A stretch of DNA of 64,000 bases from Octopus sinensis. Its lineage: Eukaryota. This document shows, in pieces, positions 13,367-64,000 of the stretch. Position 1 is the first letter of the stretch, and every line of letters starts with the position of its first letter. Under the pieces are notes generated by a model. It was not told where the DNA came from and ran no database searches. It worked only from the letters and a program-made list of their open reading frames with translations. The stretch lies in the NCBI RefSeq assembly GCF_006345805.1, contig NC_042999.1, positions 156,612,001 to 156,676,000 of the forward strand, given 5' to 3'. A program made the position numbers and the translations under genes.

Positions 13367-13486
13367 ATGCTTACAGCACCTAGGTTTCCCAAGCGGTCAC
13401 CCATCTAAGTACTAACTAGGCTCGATGTTGCTTAACTTCGGTGATCTGATGAGAACCAGTGCTTTCAACGTGATATGGCCGTACCA
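13367..13486 (-). rRNA. Dispersed 5S rRNA copy, probably a pseudogene
   Basis: Minus strand reads TACGGCCATATCACGTTGAAAGCACTGGTTCTCATCAGATCACCGAAGTTAAGCAACATCGAGCCTAGTTAGTACTTAGATGGGTGACCGCTTGGGAAACCTAGGTGCTGTAAGCAT, a full-length metazoan 5S. Single copy, altered 5' nucleotides, no T4 terminator. Confidence 0.92.
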
Positions 13487-13599
13487 CTGAATACTTATAT
13501 TGATTTGCGTGAATATTAACAGAAACATGAATTCTGAAATTAACATTCAGTTTCAATAAACATACACACATGTACATGCATGTGTGTATATGTGTCAAA

Positions 13600-14960
13600 T
13601 AAACATCAAATTGCTCCTTCCCAAACAGAAACTGCAGGAGGTACTTAAAGATATTGTTAGCACTTTCTCTTCATGGTGACCAAAGCTTGTTGGAAGCACT
13701 TCTGTATCTTCAGTAAGAAGCATCTCAGGATCACAAGAATTTCATTCTTGAGTCACTACACTTTACCTGGGTGGAGATAGTGAGACAAGCAAGCCTTCAC
13801 CAACAGAATGGGTCCATCTTCTGCAAGAAGCGATGTACTGAACTTTCTGAAAGTTGTGGCAACCAGCTGCTATGAGGAATGCAGCTGTGTCATCACAGTT
13901 GCTGTGAGATGTCAAGTCTGTCTTCTTAGGGAACTGTAAGTTCTGCTACCAAAATGGATTTTGTTTGCCCAGGTAGAAGAACTATGTTTGATTGGAATGG
14001 TATTACTGTCACCAGTTCTACTCAAAATATGGTTCATGGTGCAAAGTGCTGCTCCACACTGTTTGCAGGTTTACTAAAGATTTACACTGTAGAAAATTTC
14101 ACTAACATGATAAAATCTTGAGAAAGGCATTATGGGTTGATGCGCAATATCTGTGGTCCTGTTAGTGGCTGCCATGAATGTACTACTAAAGATAAGAGTA
14201 ATACAGTTTAGAGGACCAAAGACTGATTACAATAAAATACATCCATTCTGCAAAGCCCTCATGGACAATATAATGCAAAGGGTATCCAGGATCAAAAGTT
14301 CACTGAAGGGGTCAGCTGCTTGGTTGTGTATGAAATTCAGTGCAGGAGATTTGTTGAGTAAACGTAACTAAAAGAAAGCTGACAAACATCTTCAGTATTC
14401 ATGGATCCGAGATTCTAACAAATCTGGTAAAAAGAATCTTGTGCATTTGGATGAATTACGACAACACCCAAAGGACACCAGCACAACTCTACTGAGCTTC
14501 TGGTTCAGGGTAATTGACACTAGGCTTATATCCAAATTACAAATATTCGTTTCTGTTGTATGACTTCACCATGACTTGTGTAGAAACAATGCAGTGATTG
14601 TACAGAATTTTCATCCCAAAATGGCTGGTTGTTTCCCCAACTTTCACTTCAGCTAGCCCTTGCAGCAAGACCTCCAAGATCTCCTTGTATATTCCTAAGG
14701 TCAAACTTACATTGCTAATATCTGATGATGTCAGACATATCAATAAGACTATAAATGGCAGTAGGAAGTGGAAGCCCCAGGAAACTGGATGTGCATTGGA
14801 AGTCTGCAACCAGTTTGTTGAGTCAACTCAAGATGTGTACAGGTCGAGCTGATGAGGATTGTAGGGTTTGTTGATTTGGGAGAGAAAATATGAAATAAAA
14901 GTTCAGAGTGTGTGATTGATGAGGTCAGTGATTGGGGTTGCTCATGTAGGGGATGAAATG
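13600..14960 (-). pseudogene. Possible heavily decayed Penelope-like RT relic
   Basis: Minus strand near 14840-14900 reads SYFLSQINKPYNP, resembling the PLE RT motif FYxLPKIHKPNNP. The rest is too degraded to align by eye. Confidence 0.35.
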
Positions 14961-14970
14961 AAATAATGTA

Positions 14971-15410
14971 GGCACAGGAGTGGCTGTATGGTAAGTAGCT
15001 TGCTTACAAACAACATGGTTCTGGGTTCATTCTCACAGCAGGGCACCTTGGGCAAATGTCATCCACTATAGCTTTGGGCTGACCAAAGCCTTGTGAGTGG
15101 ATTTGGTAGACGGAAACTGAAGGAAGCCCGTTGTATATATGTATATAAATATATATATATATATACATATATATATGTATGTGTGTGTATATGTTTGCGT
15201 GTCTGTGTTTGTTCCCCCACCATTGCTTGACAACTGATGGTGGTGTGTTTACGTCCCTGTAACTTAGTGGTTCGGCAAAAGATACCGATAGAATAAGTAC
15301 TAGACTTACAAAGAATAAGTCCTGGGTCGATTTGCTCAACTAAATGTGGTGCTCCAGCATGGCCACAGTCAAATGACTGAAACAAGTAGAAGAGTAAAAG
15401 AGTAAAAGAG
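14971..15410 (+). mobile_element. SINE family A, full length
   Basis: GGCACAGGAGTGGCTG head to (GTAAAAGA)n tail. Confidence 0.9.
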
Positions 15411-15518
15411 TAGGGGGTGGAGATGTAGATATATCCAGTTATAATGTCTGCATTATAATTGGATAACTTTTTGTGTACTATGTATCTTGTGTATCATGTA
15501 TCTGTTTCATTTAGGTAA

Positions 15519-15916
15519 TCTTTGTATATAAAAGTGAGGTTGTGTGCTGTCTGTCTCCTACGATTTAGATTCCTAACTACTCCCACATTTTGCGGTGCAG
15601 TTTAACCAAAACTGGGTATCTTATAGTCGTGATTCATATCGAGCCCTTCTGGGTATTAGTGCGCGCCTACGATGAGTCTACGATTTTAAAAAAAATTTAC
15701 CATCAATTTATCCCATTTTTTAATGCATTTTTGGCATATATAAGGGAAGTAACTCTCTAAAAATTTATTATTAAATCTCAGAACGTAAAAAGCTACAGTA
15801 ACACCTGCCCCTTTGTGGTTAGCCATATTGAGATGGCTATTATACTTTACATCTCTAAAAATGCTTATATAGTTATTTCCCTTACAAACCCGAGCAACGC
15901 CGGGCGATACTGCTAG
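15519..15916 (+). mobile_element. Non-autonomous Helitron
   Basis: Inserted between A and T; 5' TC(TTTGTATATAAAAG); 3' hairpin CCCGAGCAACGCCGGG 8 nt before the terminal CTAG; three more copies in the window. Confidence 0.88.
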
Positions 15917-16663
15917 TATGGCATAAGAGGTTATATCTAGAAAGTTGGATATCAGGTTGTTCGGCAGTTAAAAAGAAGTAGACCCTCAAGTATATATGGA
16001 ATATTATATTTATTTTTGCATTTCAGAATGGTCATTTTGCCAGTTTAGCCAATAAAAACACACGCACTATATATTTGGTGTTACTTTCCTCCAGTGTTAT
16101 CTATTTTTTACATTAATCTTAATCTTATTTTGGCCTGAGTTCTTTCATCACACTCCTGTGACCTCATCAGTGGTCCTTTGCTTTCTTCTTTCTTATTTGT
16201 GTCTCTCCTTACTAACTGTCAGCCATTTTATATTCCTATTGTATGTGTCTTCATTTGCGCATGCTTATATCTCTATGTGCGTCTATGTTTATTTAGTGTG
16301 TGTATGTGGGGAGATGCCTGTAATATTTGTATCTTCTGTTTATATACGTTCGTGTAATTTGTTTTTGTTTTTGTTTATTCTTATTTTGTTCATGTGTTTA
16401 CACCCACTTATTATTATTATTATTATCATTATTATTATCATTTTCATTATTATTATTATTACGTATGCTTGTATGTATGTATGTATGTATAACATATGTA
16501 TGTATGTATATTTATTTTGACTGGCCATGAAAGAGTAAAGCTACCCCACTGTCAGAAGTTGTTGAACATAACTAAAAAGAGAAGAACCAACATTGAAGCA
16601 ACTTAAATTGATTAGTGAAGAGTCTCCATCAACATAGTTCAAAATTTAATATATAAACCCAGT

Positions 16664-16875
16664 ATGGTGGCGAGCTGGCAGAGACGTTAGCATGCTGGGT
16701 GAAATGCTTAGTGGTATTTCTTCTGTCTTTATGTCTGAGTTCAATTTCCACCGAGGTCAACTTTGCATTTCATCCTCTTGAGGTCGATAATTAAGTACCA
16801 GTTGTGTACTGGGGTTGATCTAATCGAATGGCCCCCTCCCTGGAAATTTCATGCCTTGTTCCTAGAGTAGAAAAG
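16664..16875 (+). mobile_element. SINE family C
   Basis: GGTGGCGAGCTGGCAGAGACGTTAGC head and GAGGTCAACTTTGCATTTCATCC body. Confidence 0.82.
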
Positions 16876-17015
16876 AAGCCGCAAATCCTTCATATGTATG
16901 TATGTATGTATGTATGTATGCATGCATACATGCATGTATGCATGTATGCATGTATGCATGCATGCATGAGTGCATGCATGCATGCACGCACGCACGCACG
17001 CACGTACGGATGCAT

Positions 17016-17520
17016 GTTGCATGGTCGGGTCGTTGGCGACTAAACTGGCAACCCCACCAGCTTGCTTGGTGAGGAGGGTGTTTATTGGACACCCTGCGGG
17101 ATGAAAAACAAAACCTGTCAAAGGGCGGAGGAACTCCTGAGAGTCAATGGCCATCCAATAAATGTCTTAGGGCTGTATCATGCATGGGGACATAGAAATA
17201 ATTGGTCTGAATACCCGATCGCGCGGTTAAACCATTGGGAGTGAAGGACTCCTAGCCTTTGTTAAGGCATCCTTCTAGGAGAAGGTAACTCTGGTAACTG
17301 GGATAACTCTGACATAAAACCTGTGGCTCAGTGGTTACCGATGATGTTGACTTGTTCTTCTTTTCGGATTATGGCTGCTGTTGCTTAGTGAGTGGGATTG
17401 ACTCAGTGCACAGCCTTTCCTCACTTTAAAAAAAAATCTTCTTGCACAGGCAATGCATGATAATAACATTGATTAAGCTTCGTGCAATGGCCATACTCGA
17501 TAATGAGGGGGCAGCTACCA
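17016..17520 (+). mobile_element. ~500 bp non-coding retroposon family E with (TATG)n tail
   Basis: Near-identical reverse-complement copy at 58270-58800; both end ggcagc(t/c)acca followed by (TATG)n. Confidence 0.85.
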
Positions 17521-17998
17521 TGTATGTATGTATGTATGTATGTATATATGTATGTATGTTTGTATGTATGTATGTATGTTTGTATGTATGTATGCAGGTG
17601 TTTTATGTATGTATTCTCATGCATATAGTTGCATATCTTGACATGTTCATATATATTTAAATGATAAATTTCTGGAATGTTTTACAGATTTTCACAGTTC
17701 CAGTGATGGATTGGATCTGCAGTCTTTGGATTAGCTTTCTCCTCTCTGGTTTTGAGAAGCTTAATTTCTCAAGATCGGTACATGCATGCATGTATGTATT
17801 TATGTATGTACGTACGTACATATGTATGTCTGTCTGTATGTCCTTACCATATGGCATGTTTTCAGATATTTTTAGACACCCTGTCTGATTGCAGTCAGTT
17901 TCTTTCAAAGACTGAGAGAAAGGCAAAAGAAGTAACTCCAGTACTGGACTTTATTAATTTCAAAAGCAAACGTGACCTCTTCAGGATTTGAACAAATA

Positions 17999-19286
17999 TT
18001 AGGTCATCAAGTATGAAATTTATAGTAAGGCATATGGTAAACTTTGACAGCTGCTCATTTTGGGCCATTATTATATTTTGACAATTTTTACTTTTTGTTG
18101 GTAAGCTGACACATTTATTTTTTTTATTCTAACTCATTTTGTGCTTTATAAAGTATTTACAAATCGTTTTTTGCTATTTTTGTTTAGAGATGGATAAGTC
18201 AGAAATTCGTACAGTTTTGAAATATGAGTTTTTTCTTGGAAATACAGCATCACAGACAGCTCAGAATATTAGAGGAGTATTTCATTCTAATGTTATTACA
18301 CAGCAGACAATATCAGATTGGTTTGTAAAGTTTCATTCTGGTAACTTTGACCTCACAAATGAGCAATGCAGTCGACCAGAAACAAAGGTGGATAATGATG
18401 AACTGAAAGCTACCATTGAGTCAGATCCATCTCAAAGTGCCCGTGAATTATCATTGTTGTTTGATGTTAGCAAGCAAATAATATTGACTCACTGAGTTCA
18501 AATCAGTAAAGTGAAAAAGTTGGATAAGTGGGTTCCACATGAACTCAATGAAAATCAAAAACAGCAGCGTTTGGAAACCTGCATCATGCTACTTTCTCGT
18601 CACAAAAATGAATTATTTTTTAATCGAATTGTAACATGTGATGAGAAATGGATCCAATACAACAACAGTAAACGTTCAGCACAATGGTTGGACAAAGACA
18701 AACCACCAAAACACAGTCCAAAAAGCAAAATTTATCAAAAGAAGCTGATGGTGTGTGTTTGGTGGTCTGGTGTAGGTGTGATCCATTATGATTTCATTAA
18801 ACCTGACTCATCAATCACGACCGAAATATACTGCAGCCAACTGGACCAATTGATACAGAAACTTACAAAAAAAACAGCCTAGATTAGTCAACAGATCCAC
18901 TCCTATTTTATTGCAAGACAATGCCAGACCACACATCGCAAAAATGACATTTGTGAAACTATAGGAGTTGAGGTTCGAAGTTCCCCATCATCCACCATAC
19001 TTACCTGATCTTGCCCCCACTGATTACCACTTCTTCCAGAATTTGGATAACTTTTCGATAGGAAAAAAATTTTATTTCGACAATACTGTAAAACAGGCCC
19101 TCCAAGATTTTATTGACTCTAGATTGCCAGGTTTTTATAGTTCTGAGCTGGACAAGCTACCGCTGAAATGGCAAAAGTGTATTGACAATATGGGTGCATA
19201 CTTTGATGAATAAAATTATTCCTTGTATCTATAAAACATTAACATACTTTTTTTCTTTTCTACAAATTTCATACTTGATGACCTAA
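17999..19286 (+). mobile_element. Full-length mariner (DD34D) transposon, 1288 bp, disrupted transposase
   Basis: TA-flanked TIRs TTAGGTCATCAAGTATGAAATTT(A/G)TAG; transposase 18190-19213 with WVPHEL, TCDEKW, LQDNARPH, YLPDLAPTDYH; stops at 18493 and ~18962 and a frameshift in the A-run near 18870. Confidence 0.96.
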
Positions 19287-19299
19287 TACCACAAGGCAT

Positions 19300-21125
19300 T
19301 AGATCTGACATTTTGATAAGTTTACCAATTCTCTGCCTACATTAATAAATGTAAAGTTACATCCAAACTTAGTACATTTATGCAATAAATTTAATGAAAC
19401 AGAATGAAAACAAAAGATTGAGTTTTATGTATTTCTTTATTTCTTTCTAAAACTTTTCTCTAAAACAAGACAGCAATTAAAATGATGGTTTCTTTATGAT
19501 ATGCAAAATATTTGGAGGGGTACTAAAAATACCTGGAATTATACATTCTGAAACCATTATTAAAGCAGTCCTCATCAATAATTCTTTAATAATCATAAAA
19601 TATAGAACTAGCTTCAGTGCTTTTGATGAGGAAATAGGGATGTCAATGAAGGAGTATTTAGAACACTCATTATATATAGTTTGTGTCATTGCAAACACAT
19701 TTATAATAATGCTTTGCTTTGTTTTTAATAAAACTCTTTCTAAGCAATGCTTAGAATATTTATTTTCTTGTATTTTTGTTGGGTGATCCATTTGTTTACT
19801 TTGTCAACTACGTATTTGAACTCAGATCATAGATAATTGAAACATGGCATTTTGTAAAGTGCACAGAGTCTAAGAAATTATTTTTGGTTAAAATTCCAAA
19901 GGATAAATTAATTGGGTGTGCTTGATTTCACTTTAAATAAGTGAAACAATATGGTAGTGAACTAGAACTATAAGGCAACCATTTTTATATTGCTACCAAA
20001 TATACTACCTTAAAAATAATAGCAATATAATTAGGAGAATATACTAATGACAATTTTAATCAGCATTATCATACTCTAACCAAATGTTTCAATATACATA
20101 CATTCAGGTATAAAATATTAAAAAATTATAATTCTATACACATAAGGCATGATTCATATAATTTTTTCATTTGTTTATGGATATTTTCTTGAATAAATAC
20201 TTGGGAAATAGAAAAGAAAAAACTTATTAATATTTGATACAGAAAAAACATAAAGAAACAAAATAATATGAATTGGAAAATCCAATAATTTGGCTGCTAT
20301 AATAAACAAATTTCTCTCTTCCAATAACAATTGTGTTTGCTGTGTTTTTTTAGAGTTGAGAAATATTAAAGATAGTGTATAATATATTCCTTAGTTTTCA
20401 AAATTTTTTAAGTAAATCATAACTACAAAAAAAAAAGCTAGGAAAAAACAACAAAGACGAAATATATTTGATATTTATGTAGTGAGATATATTTAATAGG
20501 AGTCACAGTTAATCAGAATGTATGGGAGACAACTCCATACTCAGTTTGCTTTGCACTATTTGTCAGCATATATATTACTAAAGATCAGTGATTCTCAACA
20601 TATGACCCTTGGAGTGGGGTCCACATAAGATTTTATTGCTAAAATTTATGTTAAATTTATTGGTTAAAATACAACAATAGGCAAAATATTTTAACAACTT
20701 TTTATAAAATTCCTAAAATAATTATAAAAATATAATAGGGTCTTTTTTTTTCTAAATGGAATGGTTATGAGGGTCCAGGAGAGTAAAATAGGAATTGAAA
20801 GGATCCATAGGAGAACAATGGTTGAGAACCACTGCTCGATACCATTACCAGTACAATTTTTCTGTGTTTTCTGCTTCTTGCAAGTTGTATTCTGTTCTTG
20901 TCAGTGAAAATAATATTCCTCATCAGTTAATATTTTTTTACTTCATGTCAGAATATACTTTGCTTTCCATGTTCTTGATTCTTTAATATAGTTTTAACTC
21001 CATATCTATCTAATTATGAAGTAAAGCTTGCTTCAGACAAAGTTAATTTTGCCAGCATTTTACAAAAGGAAATGTTTTGAACTTATTTCTTCTTGCGGTG
21101 CACCTGAGCACAGTATACAATAATT

Positions 21126-21165
<40 letters not shown>

Positions 21166-21874
21166 GATTATTATTATTATTATTCTAGGATTGAAAATGA
21201 TTAAGTATCAATTTGTTGTAAGAAAATTATTTCTACAGATGGATGTTCTACTGCTAACTGCCGAGTGGAAGTTGTACTTATTTTCAGCTCCACATGCAGA
21301 GCAATATACCTTCATTTGCATAAAAATAAAAATAAAAAAAAGGGGGAAAAAAAATACAGTACTTCTTTTAATTTCATGAACTGAAGGATGCATCATTTTA
21401 TAGAAATATTCTTAATAATGCTGTATGGATTACAAATTCTATGGATTTTAAAAAGTACTTCTTAAAAGTAATTTTCATTATAATTCATAAAAATAATTTT
21501 TTTTTCTTAACATTATCTACAATTCAAAACAAAAGTGCTTCTGAGGTTTATAAATATTTACAGAAAAAAAAAGAAGAAATTACTTGCATTTTTGCTGTAT
21601 TGCTGCAACAAACAATAACATCAAGAAGCATATATGATAACACATGCACACACAGTTTGATCATGCATTCCAAATTTATATTTAGGAAAATTGTATCAGC
21701 AGTATTAATCAGTAATATTGATGGATGTACTTATTGTTTAGTTTTTGGAACTTATTTTCAAAAAAGATTGCTTTCTTTTAGAATTATTATGACAATTCTT
21801 TTTTTAAGTAATATTTGAAAATAAAATAAATGAGATGAAATTGATACTGTGGTAGCAGTGCAATATTAATGATA
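19300..21874 (-). other. Putative long 3' UTR of the Slo2 gene
   Basis: AT-rich, almost repeat-free stretch directly after the stop codon, with several minus-strand AATAAA. The 3' end is not determinable from sequence. Confidence 0.4.
20586..20834. mobile_element. hAT (Charlie-like) MITE relic
   Basis: Termini CAGTGATTCTCAAC ... GTTGAGAACCACTG (14 bp TIR, 1 mismatch); 8 bp TSD not preserved. Confidence 0.65.
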
Positions 21875-61370
<39,496 letters not shown>

Positions 61371-61720
61371 CTACAAGAAGATAAAGAGAACATAAATGGT
61401 AATGCAAGAGAGAAGCATGTAAAAGGAGTTTACTATATTGGCATTTAAGTATCTGCACATTTTTATAGTCACTGATTTATATTTAGGATCAGTTTTAATG
61501 AACCAAGTATGCGTGTTAGCAACAATATAAAGGTGATGAATAAATGTCATTAAACAACAGGATTTCACAATATTTGGTATATTTATTTATAAAGTTGCCA
61601 AGTGTTTTTTACTTGATTTCTGTACAAGATCTGATGCTAGGGTTTGATTGGTATAAATGAAGCAACATCAAAGATTATTCCTACAGAATGCCTTAAAACT
61701 TTTAAAGAATTTATTTAAAA

Positions 61721-62108
61721 CTAGCAGTATGGCCCAGCATTGCTCGGAAATAACTATATAAGCATTTTTAGAGAGTTATAGCCAAAAAATAGCAAATAAA
61801 TGCATTAAAAATGGAAAAAAAAATGATGGTAATTTTTTTTTAAATCGTTGACTCATCGTAGACATTTTTAGAGAGTTACTTCCCTTATATAACAGCGAAA
61901 AAAAATGCATTAAAATGGAAAAAAATGATGGTAAATTTTTTTAAAATCGTAGATTCATCGTAGATGCGCGCTAATACCCAGAAGGGCTCGATATGAATCA
62001 CGACTATAAGATACCTGGTTTTGGTTAAACTGCACCGCAAAATGTGGGAGTAGTTAGGAATCTTAATCGTAGGAGACAGACACACAACTTCTCTTTTATA
62101 TATAAAGA
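61721..62108 (-). mobile_element. Non-autonomous Helitron
   Basis: Same TC...CTAG ends; 3' hairpin partly mutated. Confidence 0.86.
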
Positions 62109-63006
62109 TGATAGTTACAACTGAATTGTCAGACAAGTAACTTAATTTGAAACATTATTTTGAAACTAAATCAATTCTATTGTGAAAGAGCCACTTTAGC
62201 TAACTGAAACACAGAAAAACTTAAAATTTTCATTTTATTTATTTCTTGAGGTACCAAAATATTCTTTACTCTTCTGTGGGTTCCGCTGTAACTGAGTCAG
62301 TGACCAGGAAAATGAAGCAAGCATTTTTTGTGTTTTTAGTTGGCTAAAATAACTCTTCCATGATTTCATGGTTTAATAATCTGTTATTTAATTTAATCTA
62401 ACAAATGCATTGCTGTGGCACACCAGCAAATAGTTTCTGCACCATTTATATATAGTTGTGGACTGACAATTTGATTCATATTGGGCTTGATTCAGGTATG
62501 CAAAGTTGATAGGCCACAAAAACGGTGAAATATCGGTATCTATCACTCCTGAATGAGACTGGAGGTGAGTTGTCTCACCTGTTAATGACTTTCAGGTGTT
62601 TTAACACCCAACACAATGAGGGAGTCATCTCCTAGGTGCTATACCACAGTGAAACGGTGAACAAACAAAACACATACATTGAGCATGTGTGATCGATAAT
62701 GTTTACAACACTAGCACTGCTTTTAATTCGTTCTTGAATACCAATAATATTGTCACTATGACTCCTAAATTGTTTATATTACTAACCTTCACAGAGAGGA
62801 TAATCAACCTCAGTATTTCATTCATACATATTTTATTGACATAGAAGGATGAATGATATAGACAACACAGAATTTGAACTTGATGACAACATGGTCACTT
62901 TCCACATGAATATGGTCACAGTTTATTATTCACATGATTGCATTTAATTCAAGAGAAAAGTTATTCAAGCTTTCAACAAAATATGATACATACATATAAA
63001 TTATGA

Positions 63007-63565
63007 TTTGTGTATGTATGTGTGTGTATGTATGTATGTATGTATGTATGTTGTATGTATGTATGTATGTATGTATGTATGTATGTGTGTATGTATGTAT
63101 GTATGTATGTATGTATGCATGTATGTATGCATGTGTGTGTGTATGTGTGTATGTATGTATGTATGTATGTATGCATGTGTGCATGTGTGTATGTATGTGT
63201 GTATGTATGTATGTATGTATGTGTGTATGTATGTATGTATGTATACATGTGTGTATGTATGTATGTATGTATGTATGTATGCATGTGTGCATGTGTGTAT
63301 GTATGTGTGTATGTATGTATGTATGTATGTATGCATGTGTGCATGTGTGTATGTGTGTATGTATGTATGTATGCATGTGTGTATGTATGTATGTATGTAT
63401 GTATGCATGTGTGCATGTGTGTATGTATGTGTGTATGTATGTATGTATGTATGTATGTATGTATGTATGTATGTATGTATGCATGCATGCATGTATGTAT
63501 TTGCATGTATGTATGTATTTGCATGTGTATGTGTATATGTATGTTGTATGTGTATATGTATGTAT
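63007..63565. repeat. (TATG)n/(TG)n compound microsatellite
   Basis: Seen directly; source of the MYVC/HTYI ORFs. Confidence 0.97.
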
Positions 63566-64000
63566 GTCTTCTCTTTCTGACTGGCCACCAGCTTGGTAGC
63601 AAGCTGACGGAAAGTATCTTGATGTAACCATCATTCTTTAAATTGTAAGAAGTGTGTGTGTGTGTGTGTGTGTGTTTGAATATGGGTGTATTTACTTTTA
63701 ACATGCTCTTGTACACCAGAATGTGAAAGGCATTTGATGAGGAGTTTTGTTTCTGAGAAAAATTTCTCTTGAGACTTTGTGTGTTAAAACCAGTGAAACA
63801 AATTTCCAAGTGACATCAGTGGTAGACTACCAAGCAAGGCTTGAAATGATTTCACTTCTTCAGAAGCAGACACAGAGGCTAAACCAGAATTCCTGCTTGT
63901 AACTTACGGTTTGACAAGCTGGAATTTATTTAGTATAGATACACAAAACAATGAGGATAAAAATAAAGATGGTTACATTTATTTTTGGCACATTTTTGCA

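Noticed and set aside
13446-13454. CTGATGAGA on the plus strand (also CTGATGAGC at ~44541)
   Set aside because: The first is antisense of 5S; neither has stem II plus GAAA in the right place.
19477-19791. Overlapping ~100 aa ORFs on both strands
   Set aside because: AT-rich low-information sequence in the presumed 3' UTR, with no motifs.

Overview
AT-rich, repeat-dense animal genomic DNA. The SINE families and (TA)n/(CATA)n microsatellite load suggest an octopod cephalopod (Octopus sp.; my inference). The only host gene I can support is missed or only partly caught by the ORF track: the 3' half of a Slo2/KCNT1-KCNT2-type (Na+-activated family) potassium channel on the minus strand. I reconstructed it as 11 GT-AG exons (61370 down to the stop at 21875; 1297 nt; all phases compatible; about 431 aa covering the RCK2 region and C-tail). 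Its 5' exons lie beyond the window. The rest is transposon debris: a Gypsy relic with 3' LTR, R4/Dong, RTE and CR1 LINE relics, two mariners, a pogo-like element, four non-autonomous Helitrons, hAT and piggyBac MITEs, a foldback element, at least five SINE-like families, a dispersed 5S copy and a ~1.9 kb tandem duplication. The most interesting signal is a set of Penelope-type minimal hammerhead ribozyme motifs in the channel's introns. The best case is a ~280 bp TSD-flanked, protein-free foldback retroelement (two copies) carrying a hammerhead with a compensated G3-C8 core (GUGAACA) on the channel's sense strand. All ribozyme calls are from manual folding and are untested.
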